DNA of 63,818 bases, counting the filler, from Octopus bimaculoides (taxonomy: Eukaryota), in the NCBI RefSeq assembly GCF_001194135.2. It is 6 parts of 6 records of this genome, joined end to end, with 100 filler letters (N's around TTAATTAATTAA, not from the genome) between each part and the next. Parts side by side here need not be neighbours in the genome. Positions count along the whole stretch, not along the records: positions 1 to 20,351 come from NC_068993.1; positions 20,452 to 35,078 come from NC_068990.1; 4 more parts are not named here. The stretch is one strand, 5' to 3'. Shown in pieces: positions 11,651 through 23,020 of the stretch. A program made the translations under genes and the position numbers. The notes under the pieces are model-generated. The model was given only the letters and a program-made list of their open reading frames with translations, made no database searches and had not been told where the DNA came from. Every line of letters starts with the position of its first letter. The stretch's first letter is position 1.

Positions 11651-11733
11651 TATCTTAAAGAATGTATTTGTTATTATCTGTTTCTGTGTGTGTTTGCATG
11701 TGTAAGAAGGGGTATTTGTATATGTGTCTATGT

Positions 11734-11993
11734 TTAAACCCTTTTGATACCAGCCTGCTTGAAGCTGCCCCTTGTTCTATGATTCTTCCTGCCTGAAGCT
11801 GCTCCTTGTTCTATAAAACCTCTGGTTTTAAAGTAATATAAGTTAAAAACCTCCCACCAAAATTTCAGTTTAATTTATGTCCTAAAAACCAGTTCAATAA
11901 TGAATGTTATTTGTGTAAATTTTTCATCATTTTTAAAACTGATTGAAACAAATTTGGTATATTTGAACAGAAAAAAGGTAACAAATGGGTTAA
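11734..11993. mobile_element. piggyBac-type MITE (TTAA-flanked)
   Basis: TTAA-acccttttgatacc ... ggtaacaaatggg-TTAA inverted ends; internal duplicated cctgc(t/c)tgaagctgc(c/t)ccttgttctat. Confidence 0.6.
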
Positions 11994-12180
11994 ATATTCT
12001 GTTAGGTATGGCTATGTGGTTAGGAAGCATGCTTCACAACCATGTGGATTTTAGGCTCTTTTCTTCTGCATGGTGCCACGAGCCAGTGTCTTCTACTGTA
12101 GCCTCAAATCAATCCACAAATGCCTTGTGAGTGAAATTTGTTAGATGTAAATTGTATGGAAGCTTCTCGTGTGTGTGTGT

Positions 12181-12212
<32 letters not shown>

Positions 12213-12213
<1 letters not shown>

Positions 12214-12445
12214 CGTATGTATTCTTTTATTCCTGTTTCAATCATTTGACTTTGACTGCAGCCATGCTGGAGCACTGTCTTAAAGGGTTATTTGTAGTCA
12301 AAGAAATTGACCCCAGGACTTATTCTTTGTAAGCCTAGCACTTATTCTATCGGTCTCTCTTGCTGAAGTTACAGGAACATAAACATACCATTGCTTGTCA
12401 AGCAATGGTGGTGGTGGGGACAAACAGACACAAGGACACACATGC

Positions 12446-12484
<39 letters not shown>

Positions 12485-12555
12485 CACACACGATGGGTTT
12501 CTTTCAGTTTCCATCTACAAAATCCACTCACAAGGCTTTGGTCAAGTCTGGACAA
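12213..12555 (-). mobile_element. SINE family C (CpG-decayed)
   Basis: Reverse of the ...gctccagcatggctgcagtcaaatgattgaaac tail, with internal (TA)n. Confidence 0.8.
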
Positions 12556-12802
12556 GGTTGTTTATGGAAGACCAGCAGTCACCCATGCATACCAGCCTCC
12601 CCTCTCCATGCTACTGATGTTATCCAAAGGTTGATACAGCTTGGCTCCAGTGATGTTGCAACTCATTTCTACAGATGAGTGAAGTGGAGTAACATGAAAT
12701 AAAGTGTCTTGCTCAAGAACACAAAACACAACCTATTCCAGGAATTGAATTCACTACCTCATGATTGTGAGCCCGACATTCTAACCACTGAGTCATGCAC
12801 CT
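12556..12802 (-). mobile_element. SINE family B (tRNA-like head, different body)
   Basis: caactcatttctacag.tgagtgaa.tggag.aac.tgaaataaagtg.cttgctcaagaacac, the reverse of 38466-38762. Confidence 0.7.
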
Positions 12803-12861
12803 TCACTGATGTAAAATACCAAGCAGTATGAAGTAGTTCTTATAAGTATTTTAGGATTTAG

Positions 12862-13292
12862 GCAATGGCTGTATGGTTAGGAAGTACACTTCACAACCAC
12901 ATGGTTCCAGGTTCAGTCCCGCTACCCTGCACCTTGGGCAAGTGTCTTCTATTATAGTGCCAGGATGACCAATGCTCTGTGAGTGAATTTTGGTAGATGA
13001 GACAGTGTGGAAGTTTGTCAAATATGTCAAACCAATACATTTGTTAAAACTTATTGCTCTTCTGTTGTTTTCTTTCTTTTCACGTGTGTGTGTGTCTTTG
13101 CGCTTGTGCTTCCACTGTTTACAACCAGTGTTGATTTGTTTATATACCCATAATTTATCAGGTTGGCAGCAGAGTCTGATAGAATAGGTACCAAACTTAT
13201 AAAAAATAAAAAAATAAATACTGGGGTTAATTTGATTAATTAAACCTTTCAAGGTGGTGCCTCAGCAAGGTAACATTCCAGTAACTAAAACA

Positions 13293-13293
<1 letters not shown>
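12862..13293 (+). mobile_element. SINE family C, near full length, followed by poly(A) to about 13331
   Basis: Head ggcaatggctgtatggttagg, tail cttcaaggtggtgcctcagcaa...aaacatgt(A)n. Confidence 0.75.
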
Positions 13294-13335
<42 letters not shown>

Positions 13336-13717
13336 ATAAATATCTATGTAATATTGATGTAGTATGTAGACCTTTTAAAAATCATTCAGTAATATTGGTT
13401 TCAAATTTTGACACAAGCCCAGCAAGTTTGGATGAGGGGGTAAGGCATTTGCATTTTCCCAGTGTTCAACTGGTACCTATTTTATTGACCTCCAGAAAAT
13501 GAAAGGCAAAGTCGACCTCAGCTGAATATGAAATAATTCTTGAAATAATCCTTATAAGTATATTTAGGATTTAGGTAATAGCTGTATGGTTAAGAAGTAC
13601 ACTTCAAAACCACATGGTTCCAGGTTCAGTCCTGCTGCACAACATCTTGGGCAAGTGCCAGATATTATAGTGCTGGCTTGCCATCTTAAGTTTTTCAGTG
13701 ATATTAAGAATAAAACT

Positions 13718-13935
13718 AAGGTGGCGTGCTGGCAGAATCATTAACATGCTGGGCAAAATGCTTAGTAGCATCTTGTCTGTCTTTATGTTCTGAGTTCAAA
13801 TTCCACTGAGGTCGACTTTACCTTTGATCTTTTCGGAGTTGATAAAATAAGTACCAGTTGAGTACAAGGTTGATGTAATCAACTTACTCCTTAACGCTGA
13901 AATTACTGGTATTGGTGCCAAAATGTGAAACCAAT
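13718..13935 (+). mobile_element. SINE family D, full length
   Basis: ggtggcgtgctggcagaatcattaacatgctgggcaaaatgcttag...gaggtcgactttacctttgatc...aagtaccagttgag. Confidence 0.8.
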
Positions 13936-14953
13936 ATTAAGAGTAAAACTAAACAATATATGGGTGCAATATACAATAAGTATGGCTGTGTGGTAAAAAG
14001 TTTGCTTCCCAACCACATGGTTCTGGGTTCAGGTCCACTGCATGGCATCCTGGATAAGTGTCTTCTACTATAGCTTTGGACTAACCAAAGCCTTGTAAGT
14101 GGATTTGATAGACAGAAACTGAAAGAAGTCTTTTGTGTGTGTGTGTGTGTTTATTTGTATCTCCTTGTCTTGACATTGTATGATAGATGTAAATGATAGT
14201 CACTGTCATATTTCTGATTTTCTGCACAAACATGTCTGAGCATGTTGCTTGGAAATAGATGAGGGGTTGGCAACAGGAAGAGTATCCAGTGATAGAAAAT
14301 CTGCCTCAATAAACTCCGTCTGACCCATGCAAGCATGTAAAAATAGACGTTAAAGGGACGATGGTGATGATGAGCATATATTTCTGATGTATTTGTTATT
14401 GCTACGGTGAACTTTTACCCTAAGCTCTGGTATAGGGAATAATTCTATATAAGATTAAATTTCTGACTTTAGTCTAAAATGTCAACAAGATTCGAACATG
14501 GTGTTCTTCGTATAAAACAAGAATTTGGGAACCTCTACGTGAATGATCGATTTGGCAGAAATAGTAGTTAAATCTTCCTCGAATCACACACCCTAACATT
14601 TAAGAAATGACTCGTTGGGCTTCGAGTGCCGGAGGAAAAGGCATGATGGTCACATTTGGTGCACTGCTGACTATAGCTCTTTCAAACAACAGATATTTAT
14701 TATCATATAGGTTCTTGCTTCCAAAAACACGTGAGCTCTCTATCCCGCAAAAATGATTTTTGTTTTCGTTCTAAATAGGTCGCTGTATAATAAAAGAGAA
14801 ACGCGACCGATTAAAGGGAAATAACCTTTACAGGTCACACAGAGTTATGTTCCTTGCATGTTTTTTTATTTTTATATCAAAATAGTTTAATAATTACATA
14901 TATAACATGTATGTATGATATTTGATATATATATATATATATATATATATAAT

Positions 14954-15306
14954 GTGGAGGCGCAATGGCCAAGTGGTTAGGGCAGCGGACTCGCGGTCGT
15001 GGGATCGTGGTTCCGATTCCCAGACCGGACGTTGTGAGTGTTTATTGAGCAAAAACACCTAAAGCTCCACGAGGTTCGGTAGGGGGGGGGGCGGTGAACC
15101 CTGCTGTACTCTTTTACCACAACTTTCTCTCACTCTTTCTTCCTGTTTCTGTTGTACTTGTATTTTAAAGGTGTCACTGGGCCACGCTGAATTTCCCCGA
15201 GAACTAAGTTAAGGGTACACGTGTCTGTGGAGTGCTCAGCCACGATCAGGCTGTTCCATTGATCGGATCAACTGGAACCCTCGTCGTCGTAACCGACGGA
15301 GTGCCA
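14954..15306 (+). mobile_element. SINE family A, CpG intact, small internal deletions
   Basis: ggaggcgcaatggccaagtggttagggcagcggactcgcggtcg ... cgtcgtcgtaaccgacggagtgcca. Confidence 0.88.
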
Positions 15307-15926
15307 CGATATATATAATACAAAACCACATTAAAATACAAATCCCAAACCGAAGAAAACACAAATATGAACGAAAAAAGAATAAAAAAAAAACAAGGAG
15401 GAAAAGAGGAAGAAAGAAAAAACATCAATTCAACAGTAAGTACTTCAATTGGTCGCACAACACAAGGTTCAACGGAATCTACTGAAGCTAGTCAATAGAC
15501 GATGGTGTTGGAACAGCCAAACACCCCGACAGGCATCACTTGACACTTCGGTAAGGGGAGCTGCCAACGATGATTTAAAATAAAATAGAATCGACTTCAT
15601 AAAAGTTGGCAACTTTGAAATGTGTTTTAAGTGGTGAAGACATGAATTGTTACATCTCAACTGGGCAAATGAACTTATTTCAATTTATCAATTCCACAAT
15701 GTTTGATAGATTACGTCATCATTATTTATTTCCGTTTTTGTGAATTCTGCTCTCTTGCGTTCTCTCCTGAAAAAGTGACGTTGCTAATTGTCTGATTAAA
15801 CAAAGTAAAATTCGACCAAATAATAACACATTGAGTCTTCAGTTCATAACATTCGAAACAACTGGTTTGCATTGTACAAATAATTAATTGCAATAATCAA
15901 TGGAATCTTTAAACACAAACAGATAC

Positions 15927-16305
15927 AGGCGCAGGTGTGGCTGTGTGCTAAGAAGCTTCCTTGCCAACCACATAGTTCCGGGTTCAGTCCCACTGCGTGA
16001 CACATTGGGCAATTGTGTCTTCTACTGTAGCCTGGGGCTGATCAAAACCTTGTGAGTGGATTTGGTAGACGGAAACTGAAAAAAGCTCGTCGTATATGTA
16101 TATGTGTGTGTGTGTTTGTTCCCCATCACCGCTTGACAACCGATGCTGGTGTGTTTACGTACCTGTAACTTAGCAGTTCAGCAAAAGTGACCGATAGAAT
16201 AACTACAAGGCTTAAAAAACAGTCCTGGAGTCGATTCAATCGACTAAACATTCTTTAAGACGATGCTCCAACACGGTCGCAGATTATGAATGAAACAAGT
16301 AAAAA
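15927..16305 (+). mobile_element. SINE family C, full length, CpG largely retained
   Basis: caggcgcaggtgtggctgtgtg ... gacggaaactg ... accgatgctggtgtgtttacg ... gaaacaagtaaaaa. Confidence 0.85.
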
Positions 16306-16520
16306 GCAAAAAGAAAAAATAAGAAAGATAAGAGACAACGTATGCCAACCTTATTTTTATCATCAACGAATTCCACATGTCGCTGAATGAGACAGAAAAA
16401 GCATCCCATATTCGACATGGCTATTGGTTTGACGTTAACAAGGTGACGCATGTGGTAATGATGTCGTCATCCAGTCAAGGTTTAACCGTTTTTTCTTTCA
16501 TTCACTTATCATTAAGGTTA

Positions 16521-16945
16521 GTGCTGGATTAACCATTAAGCAAAATAAGCACGTGCTTAGGGCATCAAGGGAGGAAGGGGGCACCACAGAAATGGCAAAT
16601 GGTTTACGGCACAAAAGAAATCACTTGAAACTTGCTAAAATAATATTCGGGATGCCTTTATCTCTACTAAGTATAGATGCAGATGTGTTACCTAAGATTA
16701 ATTTTGAGGATCTGACTAAAGACTTTGCAATTCAAAAAAAGTAGGAGGAAACTTTTCAAACATAAATAAAATGGAAGTATACAAAAATAAACATTATTTT
16801 CCCTCTCACTGTTTTGTCTCGTTTTGAAACATTAAAATTTATTTTATGGTTTGTTATTGTTTATATTTTGAATTACATAATCTTTTATGGGGGCACCAAA
16901 ATCTTTTAAGTGCTTGGGGCCCTGATTTTGTTTAGACTGGTGCAC
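16521..16945 (+). mobile_element. hAT transposon remnant
   Basis: Peptide LSLLSIDADVLPKINFEDLTKDFAIQKK resembles the hAT C-terminal dimerisation region; termini gtgctggattaacc... and ...ttagactggtgcac. Confidence 0.55.
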
Positions 16946-16984
16946 ATCGTGTGCTTACTGTTGAAACATTTACCTTTTCCTTTT

Positions 16985-17410
16985 TTAAACTTGTTTCAGT
17001 CATTAGACTGCAGCCATATCTTCTATCTTTTTTTTTATTTTTATCTTTTCCTTGTTTCATTTATGAGACTGCAACCATGCTGGGTAGAATTTTTAGTCAA
17101 ATTTATCGACTCCAGTACTTATTTTTTTATAAGCATGGTACTTATTCTATTGGTCTCTATTGTCGAACCGCTACGTTACGAGGACATAATCACACTAACA
17201 CCGGTTGTCAAGTAGTGATGGGGTGGGGACAAACATTGACACAAAGACATGCACACACACATAGATAAATACACATATATGCGACGGGTTTCTTTCAGTT
17301 TCCGTGTACTAAGTACACTCACAAGGCTTTGTTCGGCCCGCACGCAGTGGAACTGAACTCGGAAGCATGTGGTTGGGAAGCAAGCTTCTTACCACACAAT
17401 GCATACATTT
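16985..17410 (-). mobile_element. SINE family C, CpG retained
   Basis: Reverse of the full family C unit, including atcgactcc, gtcgaaccgctacgttacg and gcgacggg. Confidence 0.8.
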
Positions 17411-17445
17411 GCTACAAATGTCTGTGTGCGTGCATTGTGTGAGTG

Positions 17446-17490
<45 letters not shown>

Positions 17491-19019
17491 ACACACATAT
17501 ATGGGGCTAATGCATTAGTAGTTAGCCTAATTTGCATAATTGTGATTTTGCTGGTCATTAATTGCACAATATATACTTTATGTACCACATAGTGATGGAA
17601 AGGTCTTGAAGTTTTTCAACTTAAAATTTTGAGATGACAAAATTGAAGACAGCGAAAAATTTGGTCTGCATGATATCAGAACCTTAGAAAAAAAAATGTT
17701 AACGTCCAGTGCTGAGCTGAAACTGATCCATGGTCCATTCAAATATATCCTTCCTTTTTTTTCATTGTTTAGTGGGGCAGCGAATTAGCAGACTCACTAA
17801 ACAATCAGAGTTCAAATCCCGCCTTGGTCAACTTTGGTTTTCATCCTTCCTGGTTCAATAAATTAAGTATCAATCTAGGGCTTCGAATCGTCTGACAAGC
17901 TGTCTTGTATTTGTTTTGGCTGTTTGCATTCTGAATTCAAATCCTACTGTGACCTACTTGAGCGATCGACTCAGTCCATCGCTAGCTTTAATATCATCAC
18001 CTCGTTCTCGAGTGCCTTTAGAACATTCAGCTCTCAAGTCTCGTTTGTGGATACCTTCCTGTTTCCTTTCTACCCGTTTCGGAGGCCCTGCAAAGAGTAT
18101 TGTTTTACCTCTTGGGTAAGAAAATAATCCAGAAATAAAAAAATTTCCCATAGTGGCTAACAAAATCTCAATCAAACGAAATACCTTATAAACGATCAAA
18201 GCTTATTTCTGATTTTAATAACGGTCTCGCTTGATTCCATTCATTTACATAAGCTATCTTCAAAAGATAAAATATTCTGAGAAACCTTTTTTCTTCTCTG
18301 ACCAAAAGACGACGTGGAATGGTCATTTTTTTCTCTTGCCCATACCATACAAACTTATCCAAGCTCCACAAATCTCATCGTATAACTATTTTCATTCGTA
18401 CAAACCATCACCAGATTCCCTAGAAATTTTTGGGGTTTGTCTTATCACTTATTCATGCCTTAATCTATACACCATTGGAAGGAATTTAATTAGGATATTT
18501 ATACTAAAATTGAAGGTAACATAATATCCCAAATTTATATAATTTCTTTAAGAAAACAGGACCAAGGCCGTGAGTTTGAACAACGAAATAAAATTGACAC
18601 TCAAATTTGTGCTGACAGAATTGAAAAACTAACTTGATACAATGATGCAAGGAAGAAAATATATACAAGCAAAAACTATCTGTCAACGACTTAATTTATC
18701 TTATTTCAGTAAGGGAGACAACTGTAAACATGCTTCAGACCTTATAATGAGCTTATCAGTGAGGTAGAGATTTCATGAAATTGATATAAGTCGTCTGATA
18801 AATTTACTTTTAATCAAATCCAAATAAGTGAAAATGAATTCCAAAAAAGCAGTAACCGCCCTTCTATAGTTAGATGTGAATAACACGCTAGTTTGATTCT
18901 ATTCCGGGTGTATGTTTTCAAATTAGAATATTCATTTGTATTTTAGTTAGATATAATGTAATCCTCTTTACTGGAGGCGTAAAGCTTGAAATTTTCGTGG
19001 GAGAGTGCCTGTTGATTAC

Positions 19020-19163
19020 ATGGACCCCAGTGCTCAACTGTTATTTATTTCATTGACCCTGAAAGGATGAAAGGCAAAGTCGACCTCAGTGGTATTTGAA
19101 CTCTGAATGTAAAGCCAGAAGGAAATGCCGTGCTAACGATTCTGCCAGCTCACCGCCTTTTAG
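19020..19163 (-). mobile_element. SINE family D
   Basis: gaaaggatgaaaggcaaagtcgacctc...gctaacgattctgccagctcaccgcc. Confidence 0.8.
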
Positions 19164-19213
19164 CAATATGTAATATAAAATGATATAATATAATATAATA
19201 TAATACAATATAA

Positions 19214-19440
19214 TATAATATAATATAATATAACTGGCACTCCGTCGGTTACGACGATGTGGGTTCCAGTTGATCCGATCAACGAAACAGCTTGTTCGTG
19301 AAATTAACGTGTAAGTGGCTGAGCACTCCACAGACACGTGTACCCTTAACGTAGTTCTCAGAGAGATTCAGCGTGACACAGAATGTGACAAGGCTGGTCC
19401 TTTGAAATACAGGTACTGCTCATTTTGCCAGCTGAGTGGG
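19214..19440 (-). mobile_element. SINE family A-related 3' half
   Basis: tggcactccgtcggttacgacgatg...gtacccttaacgtagttctc is the reverse of the family A tail. Confidence 0.8.
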
Positions 19441-20169
19441 TGTCTCGTATACATGGGCGACTGCTGGTCTTCCATGAACAACCTTGCTCGGACTTGGAGG
19501 GGAACTTTCTAGGTGCAATCCCAATATGATATTGTTATGTCGACACGAAGAAGTAGGATCTCCCAAGACATATTAATAGAGGTAGTCTGGCCGTGGTAGG
19601 TGTGTTGAGTAGCAGTCGAGTAGCAGTTGTGTAGCGGTTGAGTAGAGATCATCCGAAGGTGCTAGATAGCAGTAGCTTGAGACATAACAGATATGATATA
19701 ATATAATATGATATAATATAATATAATATACCATCATTACTATGACACTCTCCACCACCATCACCACCAACACCATCATCATTATAGCCACCTTCATCGT
19801 CATAAACACCACAGATTCGCAACACGAGGTGCCGGGTTCGATCTGCTGTGTAGTAATTTGGGCCAATGTAATTTTCTATAGTCTCTGATCAATCCATTCC
19901 TTGAGAGTGGAATTGGAGGATCTTTTCTGTTTGGCTGCCACTTTTCAGTTTCTTTAATTTCTGTTCCAACTGATTACATATTTGGCGTAATGACGAAGTT
20001 TTGTATGTTAATCATTGATATGAAATTCGTTTTCGTCATAAATCAATAAATAAAGAGTTAATAGCTTTTAAAGTCTGCAAATTTTGGGTAATTTTAGCCA
20101 ATCGTAAGCAACAGACAAGTTCATGCTTGTTTTCATAATAACAAGCCAAACATGAGAACTCTTTTGTCT

Positions 20170-20351
20170 TCGATAAAGCACATGTGTTGACAAATATATT
20201 CGTGGAAATTTTGCCCATCTGTTTTCAGCAATTTGTGAAGGCGTACTCTCACATTCCTGAAGTAGCTGGTTATAATTTTGAACATAGAATGGTGAACCAC
20301 ATCGTTGGGCTTATCAGCTCGAAAGATGGTACCCACACGCAACAAGTGGAG
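20170..20351 (+). mobile_element. Merlin (IS1016/ISXO2-like) transposase fragment
   Basis: EILPICFQQFVKAYSHIPEVAGYNFEHRMVNHIVGLISSKDGTHTQQVE resembles the Merlin motif ILPG..I.SD.W.AY......GY.H..VNHS..FV....G.HTQ.IE; cut off by the linker gap. Confidence 0.6.
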
Positions 20352-20451
20352 NNNNNNNNNNNNNNNNNNNNNNNNNNNNNNNNNNNNNNNNNNNNTTAAT
20401 TAATTAANNNNNNNNNNNNNNNNNNNNNNNNNNNNNNNNNNNNNNNNNNNN
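20352..20451. other. Artificial contig-join spacer (44N-TTAATTAATTAA-44N)
   Basis: Identical 100-bp structure repeated at 35079-35178, 51366-51465, 55595-55694 and 62695-62794. Confidence 0.92.
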
Positions 20452-21199
20452 GTGTGTGTGTGTGTTTGTCCCCCTACCATCACTGCTTGACAGCTGGTGT
20501 TGGTGTGTTTAAGTCCCTTTGGTTCAGCCAAAGAGACTGATATAATAAATACTAGGCTTAAAAAATAAGTACTAGGGCCGATTCATTTGACTAAAAATTC
20601 AAGGCTGTGTCCCAGCATGGATGCAGTATAATGGCAGAGACAAGTAAAAGACAAAGGATTTATATATATATATATATGTGTGTCTTGAATCCTATCTCTT
20701 AGTTTGATATCAATTATTCAAAGGATTCAAAAAAGAAGCAGCATGACAGTATATAAGCAAAAATATTTGTAAACACATAGAAATCTCATTAATCCTTGAG
20801 ACCATTATAGAATGCATCATACATTCGCCTATTTGATTATCACTTGCAGAACATGTGACATATTCATCTTGTCACTTGTTTAAATTATGTGATATTTTCA
20901 TGTCTTAAGTATTAAATGTGTAAAATACATGAAATCAAGAAAATCGTTATTGTTAATGAGAAAATGGTTACTGTTAGTGTTGATGAATAACTGAATGATT
21001 TCTCTTTTCTCATTACATGACCAGCCCTAAAGATATGGTAAATTAATAATATGAGAAATAAATTAGTTGAACCAGTTAGTAGTAGAAGATTCCTCACAAA
21101 TATTGATTCAATGATTCACAAATTTCAGGCTTGTATTCAAAAGTACGAAAGACTGCAGCAATGAATGTAGAGGGATGAGTGTTCTATAAAGGATCAATC

Positions 21200-21590
21200 T
21201 ATTTTATAGCTGTTAATATCATCCAAAGAATCTCTGGAGTAATATTACTCAACAGAGCACATAGCTAAAAGACAAGGCAGTCTCTCCAAGTCGAGCAGCT
21301 ACTTCCCTATGTTAAGAGGTCACAGCCCCATTACTATGGTCATGTGATTAGAATGCTGCAGGAAAGAATCACAGGATAGATTCTTCAAACAGGAGACCTA
21401 GAGGTAGACGAAGAATGAGATGGTTAGATAATATTCATAATCTTCTGTGGTCATACTTGAGAATCTAGTTCGAAATGCTAAAGCTGGTTGCTTCTGATAG
21501 AATTGTAGGGAGGAGGTGCATGAAGACGTTGTACCCATGACCCTCCCAAACATAGTGGACAGATAAAGAGTGACAAATGGATATCATCTT
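21200..21590 (+). mobile_element. Decayed LINE (RTE-like) 3' fragment
   Basis: YYGHVIRM...RPRGRRRMRWLDNI, the typical RTE C-terminal GHV.R...RPRGRP..RW.D motif. Confidence 0.55.
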
Positions 21591-22252
21591 CTTTGAATTC
21601 TAGATATATTTGAACAGAGGAAGAGTGAGGTGTCTTACTGAGTACCTAAACGTATACACATTCTGTGAGAATAATATTTTTAAAGACTTTTCACTAGACC
21701 CTGTTTGTTTTTTCCTCCAAGCTTATTTGTTTGAAGAGAGACTGAAGCTGAATAAACGAATTTCTTAGAAAGACCCACCTTGTTGAGAATAGCAGATAAT
21801 TGAGTTGTTTCTATTGCATAAAAGTGTATAGTTTTCTGCAAGCACATGCTCAGATCACAATCAGCCTCTTTGGAAACGCACCCAAAATGATAACAAATAA
21901 ATAAAAAATAGTAATGATGGAGTGCTGGTTATTGACAATAAACAATAATGGCAAATTAGGGTAGATTGTACAATATAAAAAAATATCTTATCCTTTCATA
22001 TAATACATATATGCTTCCAGGATGCACATAAATCCCTAAATGACATTAATCTTGTCTTTTTTTTCCATATTTTACTTGTTTCAGTCACTTGACTGTGGCC
22101 ATATTGGAGCACCACCTTGGAGGGCTTCAGTAAAACAAATCGACACCAGGACTTATTTTTTTAATGCCTATTCTATTCTAATACTTATACTATTGGTTTC
22201 TTTAAACACACCAACACTGGCTGTTGAGCAGTGGCAGGGGACACAGACACAA

Positions 22253-22300
<48 letters not shown>

Positions 22301-22455
22301 GTGTATGTATGTATATATATATATAAAAAGTATGAGTGTTTAGTTCACAAGTGATCTAAATGACCAGGTACGGTGTGTAAGTGCTGTAGCAGATTACCAG
22401 GGCTTCAAGGTTAAAGCTGATATAGTAGTTGTGGAGCCATTGTAGATTTCTGATA

Positions 22456-22628
22456 TAACATATATAATTGTTAAAGAGGACAGTAAATGTTAAGATAAGA
22501 CAAACATCTCAAATCATATACATTATTATTATTGGAAAAAATTTTCCAATAATACTAACATATATGACTTGAGATGTTTGCCTTGCCTTAACGTCTGTTG
22601 TCCTCTTTAACAATTATATATATAGTTA
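22456..22628. mobile_element. 173-bp palindromic (fold-back) MITE-like element
   Basis: atatataattgttaaagaggacagtaaatgttaagataagacaaacatctcaaatcatata pairs with tatatgacttgagatgtttgccttgccttaacgtctgttgtcctctttaacaattatatat; central ttattggaaaaaattttccaataa. Confidence 0.8.
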
Positions 22629-22752
22629 GACATCATTACCTATCGATATCCTTGTTGCTTATTTTGATTTTAATCACCTTACTTTGAAATTGTATGGATA
22701 ATACTGCACTGAATTCTGGTGCCTCAACTTAAGTACCATATTCATCTGAATC

Positions 22753-22788
22753 TAGATAGATAGACAGATATAGAGACAGATAGATAGG

Positions 22789-22820
<32 letters not shown>

Positions 22821-22821
22821 C

Positions 22822-22862
<41 letters not shown>
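22753..22862. repeat. (TAGA)n microsatellite
   Basis: Direct reading. Confidence 0.95.
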
Positions 22863-22863
<1 letters not shown>

Positions 22864-22869
22864 GATTGT

Positions 22870-23020
22870 TTTAATTTCCATCTACCAAATCCACTCACAA
22901 GGTTTTGGTTGGCTCAAGGCTATGATAGAAGAATCTTGCCCACGGTTCCACACAGTGGAACCGAACCCAGAACCATGTGGTTTGGAAGCAAACTTCTTAC
23001 TACATAGCCATGCCTGCACC
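22870..23020 (-). mobile_element. SINE family C, 5' half
   Basis: ttccatctaccaaatccactcacaagg...gaaccatgtggtttggaagcaaacttcttactacatagccatgcctgc. Confidence 0.8.
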
